Assembly: GCA_044223895.1 (NCBI GenBank)
Contig: JBGALL010000001.1
Location: 27,506-91,505, forward strand
Source of the DNA: Candidatus Woesebacteria bacterium
GTDB taxonomy: Bacteria; Patescibacteriota; Microgenomatia; UBA10105; UBA927
DNA length: 64,000 nt
Direction of reading: 5' to 3'
The position numbers and the translations under genes are program-made. This document shows, piece after piece, positions 47,493 to 58,819 of this stretch; position 1 is the first letter of the stretch, and each line of letters opens with the position of its first letter. The notes under the pieces were generated by a model. The model saw nothing but the letters and a program-made list of their open reading frames with translations, did no database searches and had not been told where the DNA came from.

Positions 47493-47557
47493 GGTCATAC
47501 CCTTGGTGGAAGATAGCACGCCTGCCCAACATACTATCCTCCACTAAAAATATGACC
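47493..47557 (+). other. Long imperfect stem-loop immediately after the kinase 2 stop
   Basis: Outer arms GGTCATA (47493..47499) / TATGACC (47551..47557). Inner arms TGGTGGAAGATAG (47504..47516) / CTATCCTCCACTA (47534..47546), with one mismatch and one G:U. 17-nt loop. Confidence 0.6.
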
Positions 47558-47803
47558 TGTAACAATTTAATTTGTCCTATATAATTCTGGACACTCTCTC
47601 TGTTCAATACTCATCCCTCTGGATATGTCCCCTACTCAATACCTTATGTTTTTCTCGTGTCGAAGACCATTGTAACGCGCGACCTAGTAAATGTCAACAA
47701 AAAAGAATTAACATGCGAAAACCTTGTTTTGACGTGACAAATAAATTTTCTTGAACGTAAAAAATCATTTGACACAAGCTAATTTCCTTGTTAGTGTTAC
47801 TAG

Positions 47804-47903
47804 CACAAGTACTGATTAACTGTCCTAGTATCGGTACCATCAAAAGGCATTACTACTCGTAGACGCTCTTCCAGGTTTCTAGCGGTAGTGATGCTTTTTT
47901 TTT
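47804..47903 (+). ncRNA. Candidate ~100-nt small RNA (promoter plus intrinsic terminator, no ORF)
   Basis: TTGACA (47769..47774), 17-nt spacer, TAGTGT (47792..47797). Downstream, a 10-bp stem GCATTACTAC / GTAGTGATGC is followed by T9. Confidence 0.3.
47847..47903 (+). terminator. Rho-independent terminator
   Basis: Stem 47847..47856 / 47885..47894 (one G:U), inner CGCT/AGCG helix, then nine T residues at 47895..47903. Confidence 0.6.
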
Positions 47904-48041
47904 GGTCTGCAGTTAATGAGTGAATTGATATTCACGAATTTCCTGCCACCAATCCACCGTAGCTTTAGCGTTGGTGGATAGTACATATTGTTAATCTATA
48001 TAACAACTCTGCCCAGATGTTGCTATATATTTTGAATTTGT

Positions 48042-48101
48042 ATCACTGCCTGCCCAGGCAAGTGATTGAAAGAAAGTGACCATCCTTCAATTGTTTTTTT
48101 T
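48042..48101 (+). terminator. Tandem hairpins followed by a T8 run (possible second terminator)
   Basis: ATCACTGCC (48042..48050) / GGCAAGTGAT (48057..48066, one bulged A), then ATTGAA/TTCAAT, then T8 at 48094..48101. Confidence 0.35.
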
Positions 48102-48158
48102 AATGTGTCGAATTTCATAGGTATAGTTTGATTCAACCACTTTCGTTTTTTTTCGTCA

Positions 48159-48201
48159 AGACCTATATTTATTTTGTAAATTATTTTTCATAGACCTATA
48201 T
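48159..48201. repeat. Direct repeat AGACCTATAT x2, 33 nt apart
   Basis: Exact 10-mers at 48159..48168 and 48192..48201 inside an AT-rich ORF-free stretch. Confidence 0.6.
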
Positions 48202-48380
48202 ATTTTAGATGGCTAAATAGATTGATTTGGCAAGATATTTTTTCTCATATATTTTTTGTGGATAACTTATGGACAACTTTATTGCCATCAATTTCCCCTT
48301 TTTCCTTCTTATTGCACATCCACTAGGTGAGTATTTCGGTAATGAGAATGTAAGGAGTGAATAAAAACCAGAAGGTACTG

Positions 48381-48917
48381 TTACAAAATAGAAAAGGTTA
48401 TCGCTTTTTCGAGAGAAGATAAATACACGGTACGAATTTCTTTTAAACTTTTTCTGTTGCCATTTTCGTCTACCTCAGAGTTATCGGAACGTAAGAGAAA
48501 GAACGTCTCTTTAGAAATACGTAGCTTTTGCTGTTTATTAGCTTCAAAAGTTACTGGCAACACCACAAAATAATCTTCATACATACCTTTACCAGCATGG
48601 AGTACATATTTAATTGAACAGTGCCCCGTATATTCTTGAATACCTTTTTTATAGTCTTTATCGACCTTTATATATCGAAGACCATCGAGAATCCCTAACA
48701 CCGTTACGAGGATGATGAGAAAAACCAAACTGGTTTGGGTTAACACCACAGAGGTAATGGCTACACCGGCAATTGGAACTAAAATAAGAAGGAACAGGAG
48801 AAAGAATCGATAATATTGAAGAACTTTTTTGTAGTTATCTGGAGTGATACTCTCAAGAAATGCGGGGTGAGCTAAGGACCCTAATACCAGCAAAAAAATA
48901 GGCGCTATACCGAGCAT
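48381..48917 (-). CDS. Hypothetical membrane protein (3 N-terminal TM segments + soluble C-terminal domain)
   Basis: Hydrophobic N-terminal 90 aa. No recognised motif. Confidence 0.5.
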   Translation of the reverse strand: MLGIAPIFLLVLGSLAHPAFLESITPDNYKKVLQYYRFFLLFLLILVPIAGVAITSVVLTQTSLVFLIILVTVLGILDGLRYIKVDKDYKKGIQEYTGHCSIKYVLHAGKGMYEDYFVVLPVTFEANKQQKLRISKETFFLLRSDNSEVDENGNRKSLKEIRTVYLSSLEKAITFSIL

Positions 48918-48924
48918 ATCTAGA

Positions 48925-49806
48925 TTATTTTAATCTACCAAAGAAAAGTTGACCTGCTGCAGTCTGATGAACTTTGGAGAGAACAACCACAACGTCTAAG
49001 CCTACTTTGGTTTTTGCATCTTCCACAACTACCATCGTACCATCTGGGAGGTAGCCTACTCCTTGGGCACGCTCTTTCCCCTCGTGTGTTATCTTTACGA
49101 CAACTTCTTCACCCGGGATAAGCGACAATTTAATAGCATTTGCCAGATCGTTGATATTTAATACCCGAATACTTTCAGCTCTAGCCAATTGTGCCAAATT
49201 GAAATCAACAGTGAGAAGTTTGGTTTTCCATTGACGAGCCAAAGCAGCCAGTTTGTGATCGACTTCTTTTACCTCAGGAACATCATCTTTAATAATTTTG
49301 GTGACTAATAATTCATTTACTTTTTGGGTAGTAAGTTTATTAACAACCTCCAATCCCCGTCTCCCTTTGGCTCGACGAAGAGAATCGCTCGAATCTGCAA
49401 TATGTTGAATTTCTCCAAGAACAAACTCAGGGATTAATAAAGTACCAGCCATAAAACCACTATTGACGATAGGTAAAATCCTCCCATCGATAAGCACACT
49501 AGTATCCACCATAATCAGATTTTCCCCCTCTGGAGCTGGAATATCTTTTATTTGAATTATTGGAGTATCTTTTGCAAACGGTTTCAGACGCAAATTAGAG
49601 AAGCTAAGGTTTTTCACAATCTCTCTGGCAACCATGGCAGCAAATTCAGCGGCTGCCGCTGGCCGGAGGACTGTTTCTGATGAGGAAGGTTTTTTAACTG
49701 GTACCAATGTTTTTGATTCCTCTTTGGCTACAACTTTTTCAGCAACTGGTTTGGCGGGTGATGAATTTTTAGTCTCTTTTTTCTTACTAGAAAGGGATAA
49801 TTTCAT
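48925..49806 (-). CDS. PIN + TRAM domain protein (YacL-like)
   Basis: PIN-like MVDTSVLIDGRI..IPEFVLGEIQHIADS..RRAKGRRGLE, and a C-terminal TRAM-like beta domain (GEEVVVKITHEGKERAQGVGYLPDGTMVVV). The N-terminal 70 aa are low-complexity. Confidence 0.75.
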   Translation of the reverse strand: MKLSLSSKKKETKNSSPAKPVAEKVVAKEESKTLVPVKKPSSSETVLRPAAAAEFAAMVAREIVKNLSFSNLRLKPFAKDTPIIQIKDIPAPEGENLIMVDTSVLIDGRILPIVNSGFMAGTLLIPEFVLGEIQHIADSSDSLRRAKGRRGLEVVNKLTTQKVNELLVTKIIKDDVPEVKEVDHKLAALARQWKTKLLTVDFNLAQLARAESIRVLNINDLANAIKLSLIPGEEVVVKITHEGKERAQGVGYLPDGTMVVVEDAKTKVGLDVVVVLSKVHQTAAGQLFFGRLK

Positions 49807-50002
49807 ATGTATATTTTACCATAGATTATTCTGACAATCTCAACTATAAAGAACCACCAAAAAATTCTTATAAATATGGTGTAATAGGAAGGTAAATGAT
49901 ATTACTGAGAAAATACTGATAAAGATCTGGAAGTCTGATGTTTTAATCATTGATTATCAAATTCTTGATGCTATAGACTAATTCTAGAACTTATTTTTTG
50001 GT

Positions 50003-50686
50003 ATGAAATACTCAAATAAAAAATCCTCACTCAGAGGACGTGCACTTCCAAAAAGTGCCTTATTGTTTATCGTTATACCTTTTATTCTTACTCTCATACT
50101 CGTATTTAACGTTGTCCAAAGCGATTCTATAGGTGATATAAGAAATCATGCAGCCTACCCAATTCCTACATCTAACCCTGTATGTGCTACGGGATGGCAA
50201 TGTGGAACTCAATGCGCGAGTACTGCCGATGTTAAACTGTTTAATTCGACCTGGTGTGATGGTAAATCCCATTGGCTGGCAGAATCTGCTGAGTCTCAAG
50301 GTAAACTTGCAAATTTTTGTGGAGGTAGTAAAAGCTCTCCCTCTACAGCACAAGGATGTCCGGTAAAATGTCCCACAGGAGCTACCTGTTTATCCCCATA
50401 TGTAATGTGTCAGGGCACAAAAAACACTCAAGTTAGGAATTGCACCTATAATGGAGGCACGGATGGATATTGTTGTAATCTGATTCCTCTGTGCACACTT
50501 TCGAAACGAGTAACCAATTCTTCTGGCTTTTGTAATACGAATTCCCCAAACACCTCTAATTGTGCAGGAAAACGAGAATCTTCTTCATGCACCTATACCG
50601 CCCAATGTGGAGGTGGTTCTGGACGGTGTGTTGTGGTCTCTCAAGGAGCAACCTCTCAATGTCAATGTCATCCGACTATGTACTAA
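50003..50686 (+). CDS. Secreted/anchored cysteine-rich protein (20 Cys in ~180 aa)
   Basis: N-terminal signal/anchor LLFIVIPFILTLILVF, then Cys-rich, Gly/Ser/Thr-rich sequence with no recognisable family. Confidence 0.55.
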   Translation: MKYSNKKSSLRGRALPKSALLFIVIPFILTLILVFNVVQSDSIGDIRNHAAYPIPTSNPVCATGWQCGTQCASTADVKLFNSTWCDGKSHWLAESAESQGKLANFCGGSKSSPSTAQGCPVKCPTGATCLSPYVMCQGTKNTQVRNCTYNGGTDGYCCNLIPLCTLSKRVTNSSGFCNTNSPNTSNCAGKRESSSCTYTAQCGGGSGRCVVVSQGATSQCQCHPTMY

Positions 50687-52002
50687 TCCAACAGTTTTCT
50701 TGCTTGTTGGAGACTTTTGACAACTCCGGGAGATATAGCAGTGGTATATCCTAATCGTTTTGATTCTTTACTTCGTCGCTCTTCCTGCGTAATCCTTCGA
50801 ACTTCTCCTAATAAACCAACTTCACCAAAGATTACTGTTTGTTTATCTACTGCTTTGTTGAGAAAGGAAGAGATAATTGCCATACAAACTGCTAAATCCA
50901 CCGCTGGCTCAGAAACAGAAATTCCTCCAGAAACATTGATAAAAATATCAAATCCTCCCAGAGGCATATTCAAACGTTTTTGGAGTATGGCAGTTAATAG
51001 CTGTAATCGGTTCTGATCAAATCCATTAGCAACCCGACGAGGAATCGCTAACTGGGTAGTCACTGTTAAGGCTTGAATTTCAACCAGTAGGGGCCGTGTT
51101 CCCTCCAAGATAACCGTTACCACTGATCCAGGAACATTGGTAACTCTGTCAGTAAGAAATAATTCAGAAGGATTTTTAACTTCGGTGAGGCCTTCTTCAC
51201 GCATATCAAATATTCCTACTTCTTCTATAGCTCCAAAACGATTTTTTAGCGTGCGTAAAATACGTGCGCTGGCAAACCGCTCGCCTTCAAAAAATAAGAC
51301 TGTATCGACCATATGTTCTAGGATCTTCGGGCCAGCAATACTTCCCTCTTTGGTAACATGACCAATAATAATTAAAGGGATCCCTTTTGACTTAGCAACT
51401 TGTACCAATTGCTCTGCACAAAAACGAATCTGCCCTACTGATCCAGCCATTCCTTCTAAATTATCTGATGATAACGTTTGTATAGAGTCAACGATTACTA
51501 CTGGAAGTTTAGTTTCAGAAGACGAAGAAATAGTATTGATAACTTCAATAATGGCTTCGACGTTAGTTTCTGGATAAATAATTATATTTTCACCAGCTAT
51601 TCCCATTCGAGCGGCACGGAGCTTAACTTGTTCTGCAGACTCTTCTCCGGCCACATAGATACCACCGATCTTGGAAATGATAGTAAGTAATAAGGTTGAT
51701 TTCCCAATTCCTGGATCTCCAGCTAAGAGAGTTACACTACCCGGGACAATTCCCCCACCCATAACCCGGTCAAATTCATCCAGATTACTTTTCAAACGAT
51801 TGGTTTCAATATGTTTAACCTGAGATAGTTTTTGTGGTTCCACTTTGGTACGTATCTGTGTCACGGCACTCGGCTTACCCTTCCCAGCATCTTTATTAAA
51901 TTCCACTAAACTACTCCAGGTGCTACACGAAGGACATCGTCCATACCACTGAGGACTCTCATACCCACACTGCTGACAGACAAAGACAGTTTTTCGTTTC
52001 AT
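50683..52002 (-). CDS. radA: DNA repair protein RadA/Sms
   Basis: N-terminal Zn finger CQQCGYESPQWYGRCPSC, Walker A GDPGIGKST, KNRFG motif, Lon-like C-terminal domain. The start is moved to ATG 52002. Confidence 0.95.
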   Translation of the reverse strand: MKRKTVFVCQQCGYESPQWYGRCPSCSTWSSLVEFNKDAGKGKPSAVTQIRTKVEPQKLSQVKHIETNRLKSNLDEFDRVMGGGIVPGSVTLLAGDPGIGKSTLLLTIISKIGGIYVAGEESAEQVKLRAARMGIAGENIIIYPETNVEAIIEVINTISSSSETKLPVVIVDSIQTLSSDNLEGMAGSVGQIRFCAEQLVQVAKSKGIPLIIIGHVTKEGSIAGPKILEHMVDTVLFFEGERFASARILRTLKNRFGAIEEVGIFDMREEGLTEVKNPSELFLTDRVTNVPGSVVTVILEGTRPLLVEIQALTVTTQLAIPRRVANGFDQNRLQLLTAILQKRLNMPLGGFDIFINVSGGISVSEPAVDLAVCMAIISSFLNKAVDKQTVIFGEVGLLGEVRRITQEERRSKESKRLGYTTAISPGVVKSLQQARKLLD

Positions 52003-52098
52003 ATGTGTTTCTTTGTTATACCAGATTTGCGTACTTTCTACGAACGCATTGAAGACTACCACGATGATATTTTAGGAAAACTTTACGAAGGATGAAGG

Positions 52099-52950
52099 TT
52101 ATTTCTTTATCTCTTTATGATGCTCATCAAAATCCACATGTTCTGGATCTACCGGTTCATTCATATCGTCTTCATTATAGCCATTGTAGTTGGAGAATAA
52201 TTCTTCCCCTTTGTGAATATCTTTCAGAGCAGTGAATAATAAGATATTATTTTTAAAACTTCTCCCAAAATAGACATTTGGCTGGTAGGAATGATTAATT
52301 AGTGCACCATAACCTAAACAGACAGCATTTTTTTGTTTGTTCCACTCAAAATAATACTTTCCTATCACCGTTTGATCCATATCTTTTTCTTCATTTCTTG
52401 GGAAGAAAACCACAGGGCATCGTTCAATGGTTTGACCTTCTTTTATATCTTCATCGGCAATAACTCCACGAATATTCAATGTTGGTGAGGTTCCTATAAC
52501 AAAGGGGAGATGAATACCTTTCTTGGAATGATCTGAACTATCTTGCTTAATTTTATGGAAGTGTTTATTACCATCTATCAATTCAGTGGGAATAGGATCA
52601 GTCCCATAAGGATTACCATTGTAGTTCACCTGTAACTCTTCTCCCGGTTGAATTGTCTTCAAAACTTTAAAGTTTAACGTATTGGCTTTGTAGTCAAATA
52701 TATATTGTATATTTGGTTCAAAGGAATGATTTACCAAACTCCCATATCCCAAAGCAATACAATGATATTTTTTGGTCCATTCAAAATAATACTTCCAAAG
52801 AACCGTATTTTTGAGGTATTTTTCCTGAGTTACCGGGAGAAACACCAAGGGACATCGCTCAGCAATACTTCCTTTTGGAATAAGCTGTGTAGCAATAAGC
52901 CCTCGAAAACCAAGGGTTGGAGAGATACCAACGGTGAATGGAAGGTTCAT
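52099..52950 (-). CDS. Tandem double SET-domain protein (putative lysine methyltransferase)
   Basis: Two ~130-aa repeats each carry the SET signatures GYGSLVNHSFEPN..GEELQVNY and GYGALINHSYQPN..GEELFSNY. The start is moved to ATG 52950, 24 nt after the rpsA stop. Confidence 0.8.
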   Translation of the reverse strand: MNLPFTVGISPTLGFRGLIATQLIPKGSIAERCPLVFLPVTQEKYLKNTVLWKYYFEWTKKYHCIALGYGSLVNHSFEPNIQYIFDYKANTLNFKVLKTIQPGEELQVNYNGNPYGTDPIPTELIDGNKHFHKIKQDSSDHSKKGIHLPFVIGTSPTLNIRGVIADEDIKEGQTIERCPVVFFPRNEEKDMDQTVIGKYYFEWNKQKNAVCLGYGALINHSYQPNVYFGRSFKNNILLFTALKDIHKGEELFSNYNGYNEDDMNEPVDPEHVDFDEHHKEIKK

Positions 52951-52973
52951 ACTGGACAGTTTGTAAGATGTGA

Positions 52974-54104
52974 TTATCTGTAACCGATTGGTTTTTCCAT
53001 CAAGGCCATGGAGAGAGAAATTTTTCTCTTTTCCGGTTGAACATCTTCTACAATACAAGTAATTTCTTCACCTTCTTTGGGTTCTTCACCAGGAGCTACT
53101 TTACTGATATGAATCAGACCCTCTACTCCAGGAAGCAAGGTTACGAAAATACCAATTGGGGTAACTCGTGACACCGTTCCTTTGACTTGTGATTCTTTTT
53201 CAAAGATATCAGTAACATTCTCCCAAGGATCTGGAAGTAATTGTTTGATGGACAAGGTAATTTTTCCACTTTCTTTGTCGACACCAACAACTTTAACTTT
53301 AATCTTATCGCCTTGTTTGATGTATTGAGATGCATCATCAACCTTTTCCCAGGCAATTTCAGAAATATGGATTAATCCTTCAACTTCGTGTTCCTTTTCA
53401 TCTTTGGTAACTGCAAATTTAGCAAAAGCACCAAATGGAACTACTGTTGTGATGGTGGCTTGAACTGTTTCATCAACTGGAACATGTTCTAAGAGATCTT
53501 TTTGCTTAGAGAAGGCTTCTGCTTCAGTCACAGCACGTTGTGAGAAGACAAGTCGATTACTATCTTTGTCTACCTCGACAACTTTTACTGATACGCGACG
53601 ACCAGAAACTTTATCTACCTGTTTTGAGGTCTGAGAATCCAACTGAGACATAGGAATATAGCCTCGAATACCATTGTATTCAACTAAAATTCCGCCCCGG
53701 ACAACTTCTCGGAAAACAACATCCACAGGAACCCCTGATTTCTGAGCTTCGGTAAGAGTTTCCCAACGACGATCAGTAATAAACTTACGAAGTGAAAGAA
53801 CTGATTGTCCCCGATCATTTTCTGGGACAATAACTTGAGCCATAACATGATCGTTCACCGCCAAACTCATGAGCATATCTTTATAAAACTCGAGTTCTCG
53901 ATCCATAACCACACCTTCGGCTTTACCACCGATATCGATTAAGATTTCGCGTGCGGTTACTTTGGTTATAGTTCCTTCAACAGTATCGCCTTTTCGTAAG
54001 CCCTTGAGGGTATACCCTGTATTCGCCAGTAATTCTTCCATCGAAGATGCTGCGGACGCTCCTTTCGTAGAGGTTGGGTTTGAGGATTGTTTTGATTTAG
54101 CCAT
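52974..54104 (-). CDS. rpsA: 30S ribosomal protein S1 (short, four S1 domains)
   Basis: Four repeats of the S1 OB-fold pattern (G..v.G.V..v....v.vd.g...G.ih.se). Confidence 0.9.
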   Translation of the reverse strand: MAKSKQSSNPTSTKGASAASSMEELLANTGYTLKGLRKGDTVEGTITKVTAREILIDIGGKAEGVVMDRELEFYKDMLMSLAVNDHVMAQVIVPENDRGQSVLSLRKFITDRRWETLTEAQKSGVPVDVVFREVVRGGILVEYNGIRGYIPMSQLDSQTSKQVDKVSGRRVSVKVVEVDKDSNRLVFSQRAVTEAEAFSKQKDLLEHVPVDETVQATITTVVPFGAFAKFAVTKDEKEHEVEGLIHISEIAWEKVDDASQYIKQGDKIKVKVVGVDKESGKITLSIKQLLPDPWENVTDIFEKESQVKGTVSRVTPIGIFVTLLPGVEGLIHISKVAPGEEPKEGEEITCIVEDVQPEKRKISLSMALMEKPIGYR

Positions 54105-54139
54105 TAAAAATTAATACCACCTTTCAAAATGATCTACCT

Positions 54140-54145
54140 ATTATA
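54140..54145 (-). promoter_or_regulatory. Candidate -10 box for rpsA
   Basis: The minus strand has TATAAT, then a ~30-nt leader containing AAAGGTGG 12 nt before ATG 54104. Confidence 0.35.
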
Positions 54146-54165
54146 CTGTATATTACACAAAAAAA

Positions 54166-54310
54166 CACCCCTCATCAAAAAATCAAAAACTTCACACAAA
54201 TAAAACAAAAAACGCAACAACGCGAAATAAAATAACAATTAAGTAAATTTATTTGGTTAGTACGAATAAGTTATAATTTGAAGCTTCGATAATAAAACAG
54301 ATGAGGGGTG
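54166..54310. repeat. Perfect 11-bp inverted repeat flanking a 123-nt A-rich spacer
   Basis: CACCCCTCATC (54166..54176) and GATGAGGGGTG (54300..54310). Confidence 0.6.
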
Positions 54311-54749
54311 AGATAAGACAGGCAGCAAGACCACAGGCGACGATGCGATAAATGAGATAAATCGTAGTGGTGGGCTTACTGCGGCAAACAAGAGAAATCA
54401 GTGGTCAGGCGTTATTTTCGCCGGAATCGATTGTCAAAAGCATCGCAAAAATCTTTCAAAGCATTGGGTGTATATACCCAAACCGCCGCGCGATTCTGTT
54501 CTTCCTTTTGACCAAATAAACTCTGAAACCACTTCTTCAATGCGTTCATCTTCAACCTCCGTGAAATATATTTGGAACACATTTTCTCTTAGACCTCTTT
54601 TAGAGATCACGTTCAGTTGTCTTACGAAAAAACACCTAAACGCGAGTTCCAAAGAGACCGATGTTAAAGAGCAAAATTAACTATAGGACTAGTATTGTAG
54701 CTCTACGAAGAATATTTTTCAAGAGGGAGCACAACAAGCCTTTAGGCAC

Positions 54750-54768
54750 AAAAAAACCGCTTCTCGGT
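54750..54768 (-). terminator. Weak hairpin + T7 at the end of the rRNA operon
   Basis: The minus strand reads ACCG-AGAAG-CGGT followed by TTTTTTT, directly after the 5S 3' end. Confidence 0.35.
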
Positions 54769-54892
54769 CCCCCAGCCTTGACCTATCTTCCAATAGCCCG
54801 CGAGAGCTAAGTATTGTGGGCGCTAACGTGTTTCACTGCTGAGTTCGAGATGGGATCAGGTGGGACCACGTTGCTCAAAAGACTGGAAGACC
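54766..54892 (-). rRNA. rrf: 5S rRNA
   Basis: The reverse complement contains GGTCCCACCTGATCCCATCTCGAACTCAGCAGTGAAAC. Terminal helix GGTCTTCCAG/CTGGGGGACC. Ends are approximate (+/- 5 nt). Confidence 0.9.
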
Positions 54893-55048
54893 CAAAAGCG
54901 GCCTTCACTTTATTACAGTAAAAATTTTAAATTCTCAACTTTACACTTTTCTAGTAGTTGCCTAAAAGGGATAATTCATGAGAATCACCGATTTTATGCT
55001 TTCAATAGTATCATCAGAGAAAACAACTCCCGACTTAGTCGGGACCCT

Positions 55049-58282
<3,234 letters not shown>

Positions 58283-58511
58283 AAGGTTCGTCCGTTTTTG
58301 ACGAATTTTGTTCTGACGACTCAATTTACAATGGCATAAAAATAGAAGTAATTCTAAATGAATTACCCCTTTTAGATGCAACTACTCATTTAATTTTTCA
58401 ATTCTTACTGTATTAAAGTGTTAAAGAGCAATGTTCAGATGTATGAATTAATAACTGAAATTAACTAATTAATTTTCAGATATCAATTCATAATATCGAA
58501 CTATGTAGCGG

Positions 58512-58584
58512 TGGACCTGGGGGGAGTCGAACCCCCTACCTCCTCATTGCAAATGAGGCATTCAACCAGGTAAACTTCAGGCCC
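58512..58584 (-). tRNA. tRNA-Ala (anticodon UGC) upstream of the 23S
   Basis: Acceptor GGGCCTG/CAGGTCC with G3:U70, anticodon arm CCTCA-TTTGCAA-TGAGG, T arm GGGGG-TTCGACT-CCCCC. Confidence 0.9.
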
Positions 58585-58634
58585 AAAAAATCTATGGTTA
58601 CCCTACTTGCCGTTGTTAAAATGTGCTGGGCATT

Positions 58635-58656
58635 AAAAATCCCCGCTTTCGCGGGG
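58635..58656 (-). terminator. Rho-independent terminator downstream of the aminotransferase operon
   Basis: The minus strand reads CCCCGC-GAAA-GCGGGG followed by ATTTTTAA. Confidence 0.5.
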
Positions 58657-58819
58657 CTCAACAATACTTTGCGGCAAGAAGCTCAGTTAGGACAGAAAAA
58701 GAAAGTTTTAATAGAAAAATCTTTTTGGGTTTTGTAGCTTCTCATGAAAAACATTGTTGATTACCTATTCGCAAAAGGTATAGAGATTTTAACAAGCTCA
58801 GAAGATGAAGTCAATAGGT

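Noticed and set aside
47572-47754. 60-aa TTG-initiated ORF in the long spacer
   Set aside because: It has no SD or promoter geometry, a non-protein-like sequence and a non-ATG start. The region is treated as non-coding.
54434-54652. 72-aa minus-strand ORF between the 5S rRNA and rpsA
   Set aside because: I recognise no motif and see no start context. It overlaps an equally long plus-strand ORF. It is kept only as a remark in the spacer finding.
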